Sequence record: NC_070957.1
DNA length: 64,000 bases
Strand: one strand, 5' to 3'
Shown here: piece after piece, positions 47,713 through 57,547 of the stretch
How the letters are laid out: every line of letters starts with the position of its first letter
Position numbering within the stretch: the first letter of the stretch is position 1
Notes under the pieces: generated by a model
Told to the model about the DNA's origin: nothing
Databases searched by the model: none
What the model saw: only the letters and a program-made list of their open reading frames with translations
Translations under genes and position numbers: made by a program

Positions 47713-48004
47713 AGATATCCTTGTATCCACGTTTAAGCAACTGATTGTTGACAATGAGTTGACGTTCCAACCCAGCTGCCCACTCACGCTGTGCAACCGC
47801 CGCCTTGGCTATTTCATCAGAGACCTTGGCGAAGTTATCGACAGCACTTACCAGTTGATTGACCGTGGCCGTATTCAGTTTATTCGGATCTTCCCGGAAG
47901 AATGTGCTGTACATAAATCCGAGTACCAAAATCCAGATACCTATCACAGCAAAGAGTTTCGTCTTCGCTCCTTCAGTACCTGGGATAGATGGGAGTCCTA
48001 ACAT
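47567..48004 (-). CDS. Inner-membrane i-spanin (Rz-like), 145 aa
   Basis: Single N-terminal TM (LFAVIGIWILVLGFMYSTFF), coiled-coil periplasmic part, 146-nt out-of-frame overlap with the lipoprotein gene. Confidence 0.7.
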   Translation of the reverse strand: MLGLPSIPGTEGAKTKLFAVIGIWILVLGFMYSTFFREDPNKLNTATVNQLVSAVDNFAKVSDEIAKAAVAQREWAAGLERQLIVNNQLLKRGYKDIYETYGYSESDGNSPLDDLYNDQLRLTAQSNRSGHVRGDEDGTGKAPAL

Positions 48005-48005
48005 C

Positions 48006-49238
48006 TTATTTCACCTTGAAATTGATGCCGTGGATCTTAAAGAAGAACCCTTTCACCAGAGTGCAGGGATTCCCTTGGTTGACATACATGGAGTTAACCT
48101 TATGACCGCCAAGTGTACCCGTCGTCTGGATCGGGTAAATCCTGTTGATCCTGAGGTCCACGTTTAAGATACGCTGCTTTATCCCGTAAGAACGCATATA
48201 CGGAACAGGGAACAGCCCGTTGTCGAGCACAATAGGATGCTGGAAGCGTTCCTCAGTGTGCATCGCACTGGGGTAGAGGAAAGTGGTCAAAGGGACCAAA
48301 TCCACTGCCAGTGTTGGGTTATCAATCAGCACGAGGAAGGAGTTGTGCATAGTCAGTGCTTCTTCCTTATACTGATCAAGTTTCGTCATATCCTTAAGTT
48401 CCGGAGTGACGGTGTAATTACTGAATACCTGATGATGACGCATCGCATCAAAACCATGAAGTCTTACTGAAAGATGATCAGAACTCACTCGGTCCAACAT
48501 GTCCTGGTCAACAAGCAGTTGGCCATTCACAACAATCCAAACGGTCCTGTTGTCAAGCTTGTTTGCTCCGACCTTGATCTTCCAACGTCGCTCACCATTA
48601 CTAGGCACGGTGGTCAACATATCCTTGGTGATCGGCAGTGTGGTGACTTTACCGAGCTTCTCAAAGGACATAGCGCCGATACGAAGATCCTGTTTCTTCT
48701 TGATGTAGTCATTCCCGGCACCAAGGAGATAGATCCCATCTTGACGTCCGATAGACCTGTAGAAGACACCGTTACATGTGAACAAAGCGTGATCAGATTG
48801 CTTGTTGTAATTGATCCCTGACTTGTACATGTAGTGCTTTACCAGGAGGTCAGGAGCCCCGTCTGACAAGAGGTCTGACTGTCTATCCTTTGTAAGGTTT
48901 ATATCACCTGGGAAGTGGAAATAGCCGTGAGTGAACAATCGTTCCAGTTTCACGTACTCGGCTTTATCTTCCGGGATGACATTGCTGGTTTTCAAAATGG
49001 TTGTTTTCTGAAGATCCAACCACTCTTGGATGACAAGATCAGAGTTAGCGATGAAGCTAGCGTGATGGTCTTCCAAAGTGATACAAATCTTCTCTTTGTA
49101 CATTTCATCATTGACGACTATGTAGAGCATGGAGAACAGTTTATCCAGGTCACCTAGTCGGTAATTAGAAATGTCTGCAAAGTGGTAACCAGGAATGTAT
49201 CCCTTATACCGCCCAACCGCATATAAGTATTTGTACAT
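48006..49238 (-). CDS. Probable virion structural protein, 410 aa
   Basis: ORF track; aromatic beta-rich; divergent from the fibre cluster. Confidence 0.55.
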   Translation of the reverse strand: MYKYLYAVGRYKGYIPGYHFADISNYRLGDLDKLFSMLYIVVNDEMYKEKICITLEDHHASFIANSDLVIQEWLDLQKTTILKTSNVIPEDKAEYVKLERLFTHGYFHFPGDINLTKDRQSDLLSDGAPDLLVKHYMYKSGINYNKQSDHALFTCNGVFYRSIGRQDGIYLLGAGNDYIKKKQDLRIGAMSFEKLGKVTTLPITKDMLTTVPSNGERRWKIKVGANKLDNRTVWIVVNGQLLVDQDMLDRVSSDHLSVRLHGFDAMRHHQVFSNYTVTPELKDMTKLDQYKEEALTMHNSFLVLIDNPTLAVDLVPLTTFLYPSAMHTEERFQHPIVLDNGLFPVPYMRSYGIKQRILNVDLRINRIYPIQTTGTLGGHKVNSMYVNQGNPCTLVKGFFFKIHGINFKVK

Positions 49239-49268
49239 ATTCTTTCCTAATTGTTTACGAGGTTCTGC

Positions 49269-50021
49269 ATGGCAAACAATTCAATTAAGGGGCTTCCGGT
49301 CTACCCCTGGAACCCTTTCAACGACATGACGATTAACGAAATCAAAGGTGAAATCGTTAACGTGCAACCGACTCCTGGTGGGTCTATCATCATTCCGCGT
49401 TGCGCTCCTTTCTTTACTCGCGAAGTAAAGATCCGGCTCCGTGGTTCCAACCGTGAACTGGATATGAAGAAAGGGGAATTCTCCTTCCTTTATCCGTTCG
49501 GCGATTTCATCAGCACGTACAGCCAACTGGTATACAGCGGAATCATTATCCACAATGTAACCGAACCAGCCAACTTCGAGATCGATTACAACACCATCGG
49601 TTCGGATTTCGTTCTCGACGATATCGCCTATGCACAAGCTGTCGCTAATACGCTGACTGCGCCTCGTCGAGCTGACTGGAGCGATCTGGTCAATCTCCCG
49701 CCAGCATGGCCTGCTGATCCTCACGATCACCCTGCATCCGATACCTTTAACTATAATGACATGATTGTGTCCATTCATAGTTATATCGATGCGATGACCG
49801 GTTCCAATAACCCTGAGAGCATTCAGTCCGCTTTCGAGGAACACTTGAAAGCCGAGCTTCAGTCGGCTCACAAAGCCAAACTGAGCGACCTCGGGATTAA
49901 GAACCTTCAAGACTGGGCGATGGCCAAGACAGAAGACATCAGTGGTAACTCTGACCAGCTTTTGGTTAACGTCAACGTACTGAAAGCTGCAATTCGCTCT
50001 TACAAGAACGGTTGGGAGTAA
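49269..50021 (+). CDS. Short paralog of the tail-fibre N-terminal module, 250 aa
   Basis: ATG 49269 with GAGGT SD; IPRCAPFF and DWSDLVNLPPAWPADPHDH resemble IPLQAPFY and HWDNIDNKPLWFDPEIHLH of the next gene. Confidence 0.6.
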   Translation: MANNSIKGLPVYPWNPFNDMTINEIKGEIVNVQPTPGGSIIIPRCAPFFTREVKIRLRGSNRELDMKKGEFSFLYPFGDFISTYSQLVYSGIIIHNVTEPANFEIDYNTIGSDFVLDDIAYAQAVANTLTAPRRADWSDLVNLPPAWPADPHDHPASDTFNYNDMIVSIHSYIDAMTGSNNPESIQSAFEEHLKAELQSAHKAKLSDLGIKNLQDWAMAKTEDISGNSDQLLVNVNVLKAAIRSYKNGWE

Positions 50022-50033
50022 ACCCTTTAAACT

Positions 50034-50068
50034 AGGAAAGGGGGTCTTCGGATCTCCCTTTCCTTATT
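50034..50068 (+). terminator. Stem-loop / terminator
   Basis: AGGAAAGGGGGTC-TTCG-GATCTCCCTTTCCT-TATT. Confidence 0.8.
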
Positions 50069-50079
50069 AGGAAGTAATA

Positions 50080-53000
50080 ATGAACAGACCTGATTACCAA
50101 CTCTTGAAGTTGGACCTGTCCGGTGAATCTGTTTTTAACAGATTTGACCAGGAGTACGGAGAGAAACCAGATGGCGAGTACAATAACCTCGTTATCCCTC
50201 TTCAGGCTCCTTTCTATATCAGTTCCGTGAAGATGTATCATCCTGACGGTTCCCCGATGGATTATGGTGTTGACTACGATTTCTATGGGATGCTCGGTAA
50301 ACTCACTGAGTACACTGCCAAAGAAGTGGGTCTCTTCATCCGGATACTGAAACCAGAAATTAAAGGTTACTACATCGATTACCAGGCGGTGGGTAACTTC
50401 AACAAAATCACCGATGAAATTCTCAGTATGCTTCGCGTCATTGCTAATGATGACCGTCCAGTACACTGGGATAACATCGATAACAAACCTCTTTGGTTCG
50501 ATCCCGAGATCCACCTTCACGACTATACTTTCCATTTCTTTGGATTCGCAGACCTTGCTGCCGAACTGGCCAGAATCCAGCAACTCGGTGACATGTTCCA
50601 GAATAACGTCAAGATCACCATTGATGTTTTCAAAGAACGTATGGAGAGTTACATCGAGCAATACCAGAAAGTCCTTTACGACCTGATGGCCGCGCACGAT
50701 AAGAGTAAAGTGGATCCTCACGGTGTCTGGAAAACAGATATCGGTCTCGGTAAAGTGGATAACTTTAAGACAGCCACTCTCCAAGAGACATTGGACGTCG
50801 CTCGCTCCGATCTCCATATCACAGTTGGTAACGCCGCCCGCGCTATCGAACTTACTAAAGCGAATAACGAACGTCTGTACCCGGCTGGTACACTTCCATT
50901 ACTTCGTTATGGTAACGACAGTTACATCCCACCGAAGATCGATGGGTCATTTGAAGGGATGGGTGGGTACAATCTTCGCGGTTGTGTTGCACGGGAAAGT
51001 AACGGCTCCATTGTAGGACTCCAGCATCGCAATGATGGTGTGATCCGTGGACTCTATTACATCAAGTGTGATGACCCTTACGCCAAGAATCCCATCTGGA
51101 GTTTTACCGGTTATCGTTACATGCACCCCACTGCTATTGCCGATGGCGCTAACATCGACTCAGTCGTTAACGGCAGTGGGCGTTACGTAATGATGATAGG
51201 CGATGCCATTAAAGGCATTTGGTATTGGTGTGAGACTAACGGGACTCTGGATCCCTCCAAGCACGTCCTGAAACGCATCTCTGGTGATTTCATTAACTAT
51301 CCCTATGGGATGGGTCAGGATCTCACCATCCTTGCCGACAGCGATTACAGGGACCAGTGGTTCGTCATGGCGACAATGTCGCATGGTGCTGTTAAAGCAC
51401 TTCGTCCCAGTTACCCAACGGAAGGCCAGTCAGGGAGTGGAACCAGAACCGTAGAGGCGATCCGGATATTCACTTGTATTAACCAAGCTAATGCGCTGAA
51501 CATAGCGACGGTTGATTTTACCGAGCAAGATGGAACCACTCCCAAAGACAAAATTTGGATGCCCTACACAAGGACACTAAAGGTTGTCGATGGCGTTACC
51601 GTCGTAACCGGTTACGACGCCGAGTACACTCAGCCACTCAGAACGCTCTGGAACTATCGGAACATTCAGGCTATTTGTCGGAGAACCGGAACCCCTGGAG
51701 AGTACGCATTTTCGATCCAGAACTATTTGTTCATGATTCAATACGGAACCGAATATGCGAGTAGCAAGGTCCCGCTATGGAAAGGAACCATGAAACTTGA
51801 TAAGAATAACAACACTGTCAAGATCGTTCCAGGCCCTGGTGAGAAACGGTATCGCCTTGATCCAAGAAACCCTGCAATAGCCCAGCAAGAAGAATGGGAA
51901 CTCTATAAAGATTGGAAAACTATTAGTTACAGTTTCGTGACCGATGGGGACGGATTCGTGGAGTTCGACGAGACAGGTAATGCGATTTGGGTGTACCCTC
52001 TGGCCTCAGGGGTTCTTCCATGTGGTGTCCGGATCATGAAGCCCAGTAACCCCAAAACCCCGGAACGGGTGATCGGGAGACGGTCAGAATACGACTATGG
52101 TATTGATCGTGTCTCTGCGATAAGTGAGATTAACCCTGCTGGCCTGACGACCGGATTCTCCGAACCCATGAGTATTCTGGGTGATACCACGAAACCCCAA
52201 ACAGGTGTGGTACTTGCCCGTCAACTCTATGTGGATGGCAACTCACTTAAAACAGAATGGATCGCAAGACCGACTCCGTTCATGAATCCAGACTGGACGG
52301 GTAGAAATGACAACCTGTTCCAGATGACTGTTGGCGGCACCCAGGTGGCTGCGTACCCACTTACGCCGGAAGTTTATAAGTGTGATCTGGGACCCTACAA
52401 GTTCTGGTCTCTTCATGGATTCTCGATCGCCCCTCCAGGTAATGCAGTCAGAGAACGCTGGACACGTTTTGGTGGTGCCGATGGGGTGGGGAACATCAAT
52501 GGTGATTTTGGGGTTCCTGCTGACTTCTTATTCCCTCGTATTTCCAAAACAGAGATCGTCGGGAAGAAGATTGTAGTCACCCCGGTGGAAGTCTACAACC
52601 TGAGATCGATGCTTGAGACACAGATCAAGCCGTATCTCGATAGTAAAGGGATCAACACCGCCACCATCATGACGTCCTGGACACTTGCAACGGTTTATAA
52701 CCGTTTAGGTGAAGAAGCCGTGTTGCTCATGATAAGTGATCGTAATTTGGGTCCTGGCCAACAACATGTCCAAGCAACCCTATTCCTTGGTAAGTTGCGT
52801 GGTTTAGGAACGCCAACTATCAAAGATGGTTACACTTACTACGAAAATGCAACCCTGGATTTCGGTAACAAACATTACCGGACAGGGACAGTGGTTTCCA
52901 ACTCGATTTCAACAGTGATCGAGAACAGACACCCAACTGCATGGCGTACCGGATTCTGTATTACCGACATCAACACCGGGACTACTCCCGGAAGCAAGGA

Positions 53001-53721
53001 TCAAACCTGTGTTTACCTTCGGTCTTTGCATAAATATCAGGTCAATGGCGATACAGTTCCAGTCTCCCTGGTGATTGAATTTGATAACGCCTTCACCATA
53101 TCTCGTGTCGGATCCAAGTACGTTAGTAGTTCACCCTACTCTGAATCTGTCTGTTGTTCTCCAGGTAACACCATGGGGTACGTTTCCCCAGCAGATAGCG
53201 GATTAGCGAGAGGTGCGTGCTTTGTTGCTTCTGGGCTCTCAGTAACCACAAACAGGTATGACTGTCTGATTTCCAGTGATCCGGGTGGAGCCACCCCTAA
53301 GCGGCTAATTGTGAGTAATCTGCTGTCTTCAGCATACATTATTTACTTCCAAGAAGCTGACAACGTGTTGCTCGGTGGTCGTAAATACAAGATCGATGCC
53401 ACGTACGTAGATATTCGTGACTTCGACCCCAATCCGGCTAACAAGACGTTTTACGTATACCTGACCTTCAACAACGGTGCTCCGTCATACAGCATTGAAC
53501 GTTCTCCTCTCCCTGAGGGTTCGTTGATAGCGTGTGTCGCTGTCGTAACCGTCGGTTCTGATCGTATACAGACTGTAGTTCCCTACAACCGTTTCTTGAT
53601 GGACGGTGTGGAGATCAGTCAGAAACGTCGCGGTAGTTCCATCCTTGCTTCTACAGGTACTGTCTTCGAAGTAGGTTGGGTTGGCGGTATTTTCAAGAAC
53701 ACCGATTACATCCCTGAGTAA
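50080..53721 (+). CDS. Tail-fibre / receptor-binding family protein, 1213 aa
   Basis: PHGVWKTDIGLGKVDNFKTAT fibre-type motif; PPKIDGSFEGMGG; C-terminal module shared with 53789-57505. Confidence 0.7.
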   Translation: MNRPDYQLLKLDLSGESVFNRFDQEYGEKPDGEYNNLVIPLQAPFYISSVKMYHPDGSPMDYGVDYDFYGMLGKLTEYTAKEVGLFIRILKPEIKGYYIDYQAVGNFNKITDEILSMLRVIANDDRPVHWDNIDNKPLWFDPEIHLHDYTFHFFGFADLAAELARIQQLGDMFQNNVKITIDVFKERMESYIEQYQKVLYDLMAAHDKSKVDPHGVWKTDIGLGKVDNFKTATLQETLDVARSDLHITVGNAARAIELTKANNERLYPAGTLPLLRYGNDSYIPPKIDGSFEGMGGYNLRGCVARESNGSIVGLQHRNDGVIRGLYYIKCDDPYAKNPIWSFTGYRYMHPTAIADGANIDSVVNGSGRYVMMIGDAIKGIWYWCETNGTLDPSKHVLKRISGDFINYPYGMGQDLTILADSDYRDQWFVMATMSHGAVKALRPSYPTEGQSGSGTRTVEAIRIFTCINQANALNIATVDFTEQDGTTPKDKIWMPYTRTLKVVDGVTVVTGYDAEYTQPLRTLWNYRNIQAICRRTGTPGEYAFSIQNYLFMIQYGTEYASSKVPLWKGTMKLDKNNNTVKIVPGPGEKRYRLDPRNPAIAQQEEWELYKDWKTISYSFVTDGDGFVEFDETGNAIWVYPLASGVLPCGVRIMKPSNPKTPERVIGRRSEYDYGIDRVSAISEINPAGLTTGFSEPMSILGDTTKPQTGVVLARQLYVDGNSLKTEWIARPTPFMNPDWTGRNDNLFQMTVGGTQVAAYPLTPEVYKCDLGPYKFWSLHGFSIAPPGNAVRERWTRFGGADGVGNINGDFGVPADFLFPRISKTEIVGKKIVVTPVEVYNLRSMLETQIKPYLDSKGINTATIMTSWTLATVYNRLGEEAVLLMISDRNLGPGQQHVQATLFLGKLRGLGTPTIKDGYTYYENATLDFGNKHYRTGTVVSNSISTVIENRHPTAWRTGFCITDINTGTTPGSKDQTCVYLRSLHKYQVNGDTVPVSLVIEFDNAFTISRVGSKYVSSSPYSESVCCSPGNTMGYVSPADSGLARGACFVASGLSVTTNRYDCLISSDPGGATPKRLIVSNLLSSAYIIYFQEADNVLLGGRKYKIDATYVDIRDFDPNPANKTFYVYLTFNNGAPSYSIERSPLPEGSLIACVAVVTVGSDRIQTVVPYNRFLMDGVEISQKRRGSSILASTGTVFEVGWVGGIFKNTDYIPE

Positions 53722-53730
53722 AACCCAAGT

Positions 53731-53763
53731 TGAGAGTGCGATCTTTTGATCGCACTCTCACTT
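53731..53763 (+). terminator. Stem-loop / terminator
   Basis: TGAGAGTGCGATC-TTTT-GATCGCACTCTCA-CTTT, perfect 13-bp stem. Confidence 0.8.
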
Positions 53764-53788
53764 TACCCTTTATTGTCAAGAGGACATC

Positions 53789-56700
53789 ATGAAAGACATT
53801 CAGATTGTCAACATTGACTATTCAGCAGTAGACCCGAAATACCGTAGAAAAGAGAAGCACGTAATCGCAAAGATTCCTGCTCCCTGGTTAGTGCCTGATG
53901 AAGGTCCTTTCTACACTCAAGGTATTCGGTTGCTGAATGGTGGAACACCGCTCATTTACGAGAAAGATTTCGAGTACGCCACTCCGGCAGCTGATATCAC
54001 AGAACAACTTGGCCGTGATATTTATCACCACATCAAGTTGAAAGAACACATCCTCACAACAGCAACAGCTATCGATATCGAATACCAAACCGTTGGCGAC
54101 CCCATCATTGGTCGCAATAAACTGTTGCAACTTTTGGAAGACATGATCATCAAGGGCGAACCCATTGATATCACTACAAGTGTCATCGGCATGCCCGACA
54201 CTTTCTTCCCGTCCAAACACTCCATGGACGTTACCAAACCTGACGAAGTTGTGGGCTTTGGTAACCTTATCCAGTTGTTCAGTATTCTCGGATCACGTGT
54301 CGAAGCAGGTTCCGGTCAAATCAAGGAACTGCTGAATAAATTGAACGAGGACGCTTTCAAGAAACTGGACTACGTTCAGAACCTTCAGTGGAACGCCATC
54401 ATGCGGCACGCCACCAAGGATCGTAACCCGCACCTGATCAAAGCCCCTGATGTTCAGTTGAGTAACCTTTCCAACTTCGCAACAGCCAATCTTCAGCAAG
54501 AAGTAGAAGGTGTGCGTTCTGACCTTTATTCCACACCCCGTGGTCTGGGGGAGATCGTTAAAGAAGCCGAACCTGATGCTAGTGAGTTTGTTTTCCAAAA
54601 CGAACTTCCGTTCAGTTATTATGGATCGGGCATTTACCTCCCTCCTCCTATCTCAGGTTCATTCGAAGGTTTAGGTGGAGACCAGGAAACTGGATGTTTC
54701 ATCCAAGAAGGTAACGGTTGGCTGGTTGGACTCCTGCGAGCATTTGACGGAAAGGTTCGGAACCTCTTCTATATTTACGACACCCAACTGACAGACGACC
54801 CTCGTCAAGGGTTCTGGCGCCAGAGTTATGTTCAGTACAAACATCCCGCTATCACTGCGGCTGGTTGTGATGCCAACTACGTGATCTCTGGTTCTGGTGA
54901 CCGTGTTCTCATGCTTGGTGATAACACCAAGAGTCGGTGGTGGATCTGTGATCCTAACTCCACTCTTGACGCAGCGGCTCACAACTTTAAAGAAGTTGAT
55001 ACATCCGCCATGCACGCCCGTCCGAACTGGAGTTTCAATTTCTGGCACCAAGGTAACGTGTTCCGGGTTGGTGATTGGCTTTACTTTTTGATGTTCACTC
55101 CTGAGATAAACTTGTTCCCTGGCGACTATAAAGGGGCCGTCAGCGGTGACAATATGATCGGATGGTTATACAGGGCACCTGCCTCTGATCTCACCAATCC
55201 GGCAAAGACTAACATTAAGTTTGAACCTTGCACCATCAATTACGATAACCTCAGAAGAGAACGCCGTAACTCTCAAGCCGCCTTTTCTATGGACCGGTTC
55301 GAGGTTGATGGTAATAACTTGATTACCTCAGGTGGTGGGTGTCAGTACAGTATTCCAGTCAACTCATTTATGTCCCATCGACGTCGTAACGTCATCGTGG
55401 TCGAGAACCCCAACAATCCAAACCAAGCTAGAATTCGGTTTTACGCCTTGGTACGTCCTACCTACAACGATGGTGGTTTGACAGTACAACAATCCCAAAT
55501 GACGGTGGATTATCTTTTCGATAACAACACGCTGACTTTGGCACTGGATCCCAAGTGGAAGTACATGTACTATGACCTCCGGCAAAACTGGATAACCAAC
55601 CTTACCGAGGAAGAACTCCGGCGTCAGTGGGTTCCCTGGGGTGGTGGTGCAAAGGGGAACCTTCCTGGAACGGGTACTGCTATTCCAGTGTCTTATGTAC
55701 CAGGGTTTGGACACATAGGGATACTGACAGGGTCCGATGGTGGGATGCCCTACATCGTGTGTAAAGTTTTGAACAACCCATCAAGGGACCCGCGTCGTGA
55801 TTGGGAATACTTCGCTCAACCCAATTCGTGGAGGGATGCTTCGGGGCGAATGAACGATGGTAACCAGTACATCCAACCAGACACTCCGTTTGGCTTTACT
55901 TCGTTCCCTAGGTGGTACAGTGATCTTTACGATGTGAACGGTCAAATACTGACAACCCCCATCGAACTGTTCATTGCAGATAACCCAGGTGTTGATGGGC
56001 AGCACTACTACCGTGAAGTAGAACCAGGAACTGGGACACAATACATCCCCCGTCCAGAAGCCAAATTGATGGACGGTACTATTCCCTACGCACGGGAAAT
56101 GAATAGTAAGTTTGGACCAGTGACGAACCGACTCCCGTGTTCACTTGGCCGGGTGAACAATCCAAAGTCCAAAGACCAGTATTCCACCGAATACGGGATT
56201 TTCACTGTAACTTGGCCGAATTACCGAGTCGCCAAAACACCGTTGTTTTCACCGGTAGTTGTGAGTAAGGACACGTACGCTCCGCCCACTATGGATTCCG
56301 AAGGGAGTATTGTCATACCGTTGTTGTTGGATCACACCATCGTTAATGGTAAAATGACGTTAAGTCCGAATCCATCTAAGTCTGTACATATCCCCGCTTA
56401 TATTTGGCGTGACTGGATGCACAGATTGATTGGAGCAGAAATGGACAACGTCATCGACATTGTCGTTGACTTCTTCATTTCCCCCAAACAGGATGGTCTC
56501 GCCTATAAGCGTCATTCCTACGCGATGTTCACTTTCCACACCACCGATAATCCAAAAGCCATTAGACAGATTATATCCAAGTTTACTTGGGCTGTAAGAA
56601 GTTATAACTCTCAAGGTGTGAGGATAATGCAGGTGAGTTCTGAACAGTACCCGTTCGTCTCTTCTGTTGGTTCTCAACCATATTCACTCGCACCAGGTGT

Positions 56701-57505
56701 CGATAACACACTCATCGATGCAGGATGGAACGACGCCCAGTTCAACCCGAACGGAACTTGGAAAATTCTGAACGTCCCGTCACAACTTTCGACACCCAAC
56801 ATGCAAGTGTTGGAACACCGTGAGCTCGGTGAAGGAGTGTATGAGATTTTCGCGTACACTGGCTGGCGGATTTTCACGCAGAGCTATTCACGGATTTTCG
56901 GATTTAAGGACTATAACAATCCTCATAAACCCAAAGAGACGTTTGCATTTTCACCGTACACTGGTGCGTTCGTAAGTTACGCAACATACGGCGTCGCTAA
57001 CCCTGAACACGGGATGTGTACTGGTGAAAACTATCTCACGGTGGGCGGTGGTGCTGTCGATATGACCATCAGTGAGGTGGGTGCTAAGAAAGTAATGCGA
57101 GGTGCGACGTTCTCTGTGGGTAACTGGAGTGTGTTTATCGCAAGTGATATCGTGGTCTCTTTCGGTGGATACTCGATGACCGCAGTGAAACGCAACTTTG
57201 ATCTTCGGAACTTCACCAGTAAGTTTAGAAACAATACTTTCTACATCTATTGTGTGGCAAGAGGTTCCAAAGCTGAATACGAAGTATCTGGTATGCTTCG
57301 TTACCCACGTTCTGATTCGCTCTTGGTCGCCAAGATTATCACTGGTGATCTGGGTGTTGAAAGTATCGAACGTTATCAACCGTTTGCCATTGCTGGATTC
57401 CCGCTTACGCGAGTGAGGGATGCTGGTATCCCAGTTAGTTCTGGGTCCATCTTTGATGAGGGTACTTACTCCTTTATCAAGTATTCCGAACTTTACACTG
57501 ACTAA
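53789..57505 (+). CDS. Tail-fibre / receptor-binding family protein, 1238 aa (paralog of 50080-53721)
   Basis: NPHLIKAPDVQLSNLSNFATA; PPPISGSFEGLGG; shared C-terminal module (NTFYIY...YQPFAIAG...IPVSSG). Confidence 0.7.
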   Translation: MKDIQIVNIDYSAVDPKYRRKEKHVIAKIPAPWLVPDEGPFYTQGIRLLNGGTPLIYEKDFEYATPAADITEQLGRDIYHHIKLKEHILTTATAIDIEYQTVGDPIIGRNKLLQLLEDMIIKGEPIDITTSVIGMPDTFFPSKHSMDVTKPDEVVGFGNLIQLFSILGSRVEAGSGQIKELLNKLNEDAFKKLDYVQNLQWNAIMRHATKDRNPHLIKAPDVQLSNLSNFATANLQQEVEGVRSDLYSTPRGLGEIVKEAEPDASEFVFQNELPFSYYGSGIYLPPPISGSFEGLGGDQETGCFIQEGNGWLVGLLRAFDGKVRNLFYIYDTQLTDDPRQGFWRQSYVQYKHPAITAAGCDANYVISGSGDRVLMLGDNTKSRWWICDPNSTLDAAAHNFKEVDTSAMHARPNWSFNFWHQGNVFRVGDWLYFLMFTPEINLFPGDYKGAVSGDNMIGWLYRAPASDLTNPAKTNIKFEPCTINYDNLRRERRNSQAAFSMDRFEVDGNNLITSGGGCQYSIPVNSFMSHRRRNVIVVENPNNPNQARIRFYALVRPTYNDGGLTVQQSQMTVDYLFDNNTLTLALDPKWKYMYYDLRQNWITNLTEEELRRQWVPWGGGAKGNLPGTGTAIPVSYVPGFGHIGILTGSDGGMPYIVCKVLNNPSRDPRRDWEYFAQPNSWRDASGRMNDGNQYIQPDTPFGFTSFPRWYSDLYDVNGQILTTPIELFIADNPGVDGQHYYREVEPGTGTQYIPRPEAKLMDGTIPYAREMNSKFGPVTNRLPCSLGRVNNPKSKDQYSTEYGIFTVTWPNYRVAKTPLFSPVVVSKDTYAPPTMDSEGSIVIPLLLDHTIVNGKMTLSPNPSKSVHIPAYIWRDWMHRLIGAEMDNVIDIVVDFFISPKQDGLAYKRHSYAMFTFHTTDNPKAIRQIISKFTWAVRSYNSQGVRIMQVSSEQYPFVSSVGSQPYSLAPGVDNTLIDAGWNDAQFNPNGTWKILNVPSQLSTPNMQVLEHRELGEGVYEIFAYTGWRIFTQSYSRIFGFKDYNNPHKPKETFAFSPYTGAFVSYATYGVANPEHGMCTGENYLTVGGGAVDMTISEVGAKKVMRGATFSVGNWSVFIASDIVVSFGGYSMTAVKRNFDLRNFTSKFRNNTFYIYCVARGSKAEYEVSGMLRYPRSDSLLVAKIITGDLGVESIERYQPFAIAGFPLTRVRDAGIPVSSGSIFDEGTYSFIKYSELYTD

Positions 57506-57509
57506 CTAT

Positions 57510-57532
57510 GTGGGGAGGGAACTCCCCACTTT
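57510..57532 (+). terminator. Stem-loop / weak terminator
   Basis: GTGGGGAG-GGAA-CTCCCCAC-TTT. Confidence 0.65.
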
Positions 57533-57547
57533 AATAGAGAGAGTCGT

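Noticed and set aside
14076-49268. Upstream starts given by the ORF track (14076, 14632, 31847, 37693, 47796, 49251)
   Set aside because: Downstream starts (14166, 14683, 31913, 37747, 47712, 49269) fit better on SD placement, translational coupling or signal-peptide position
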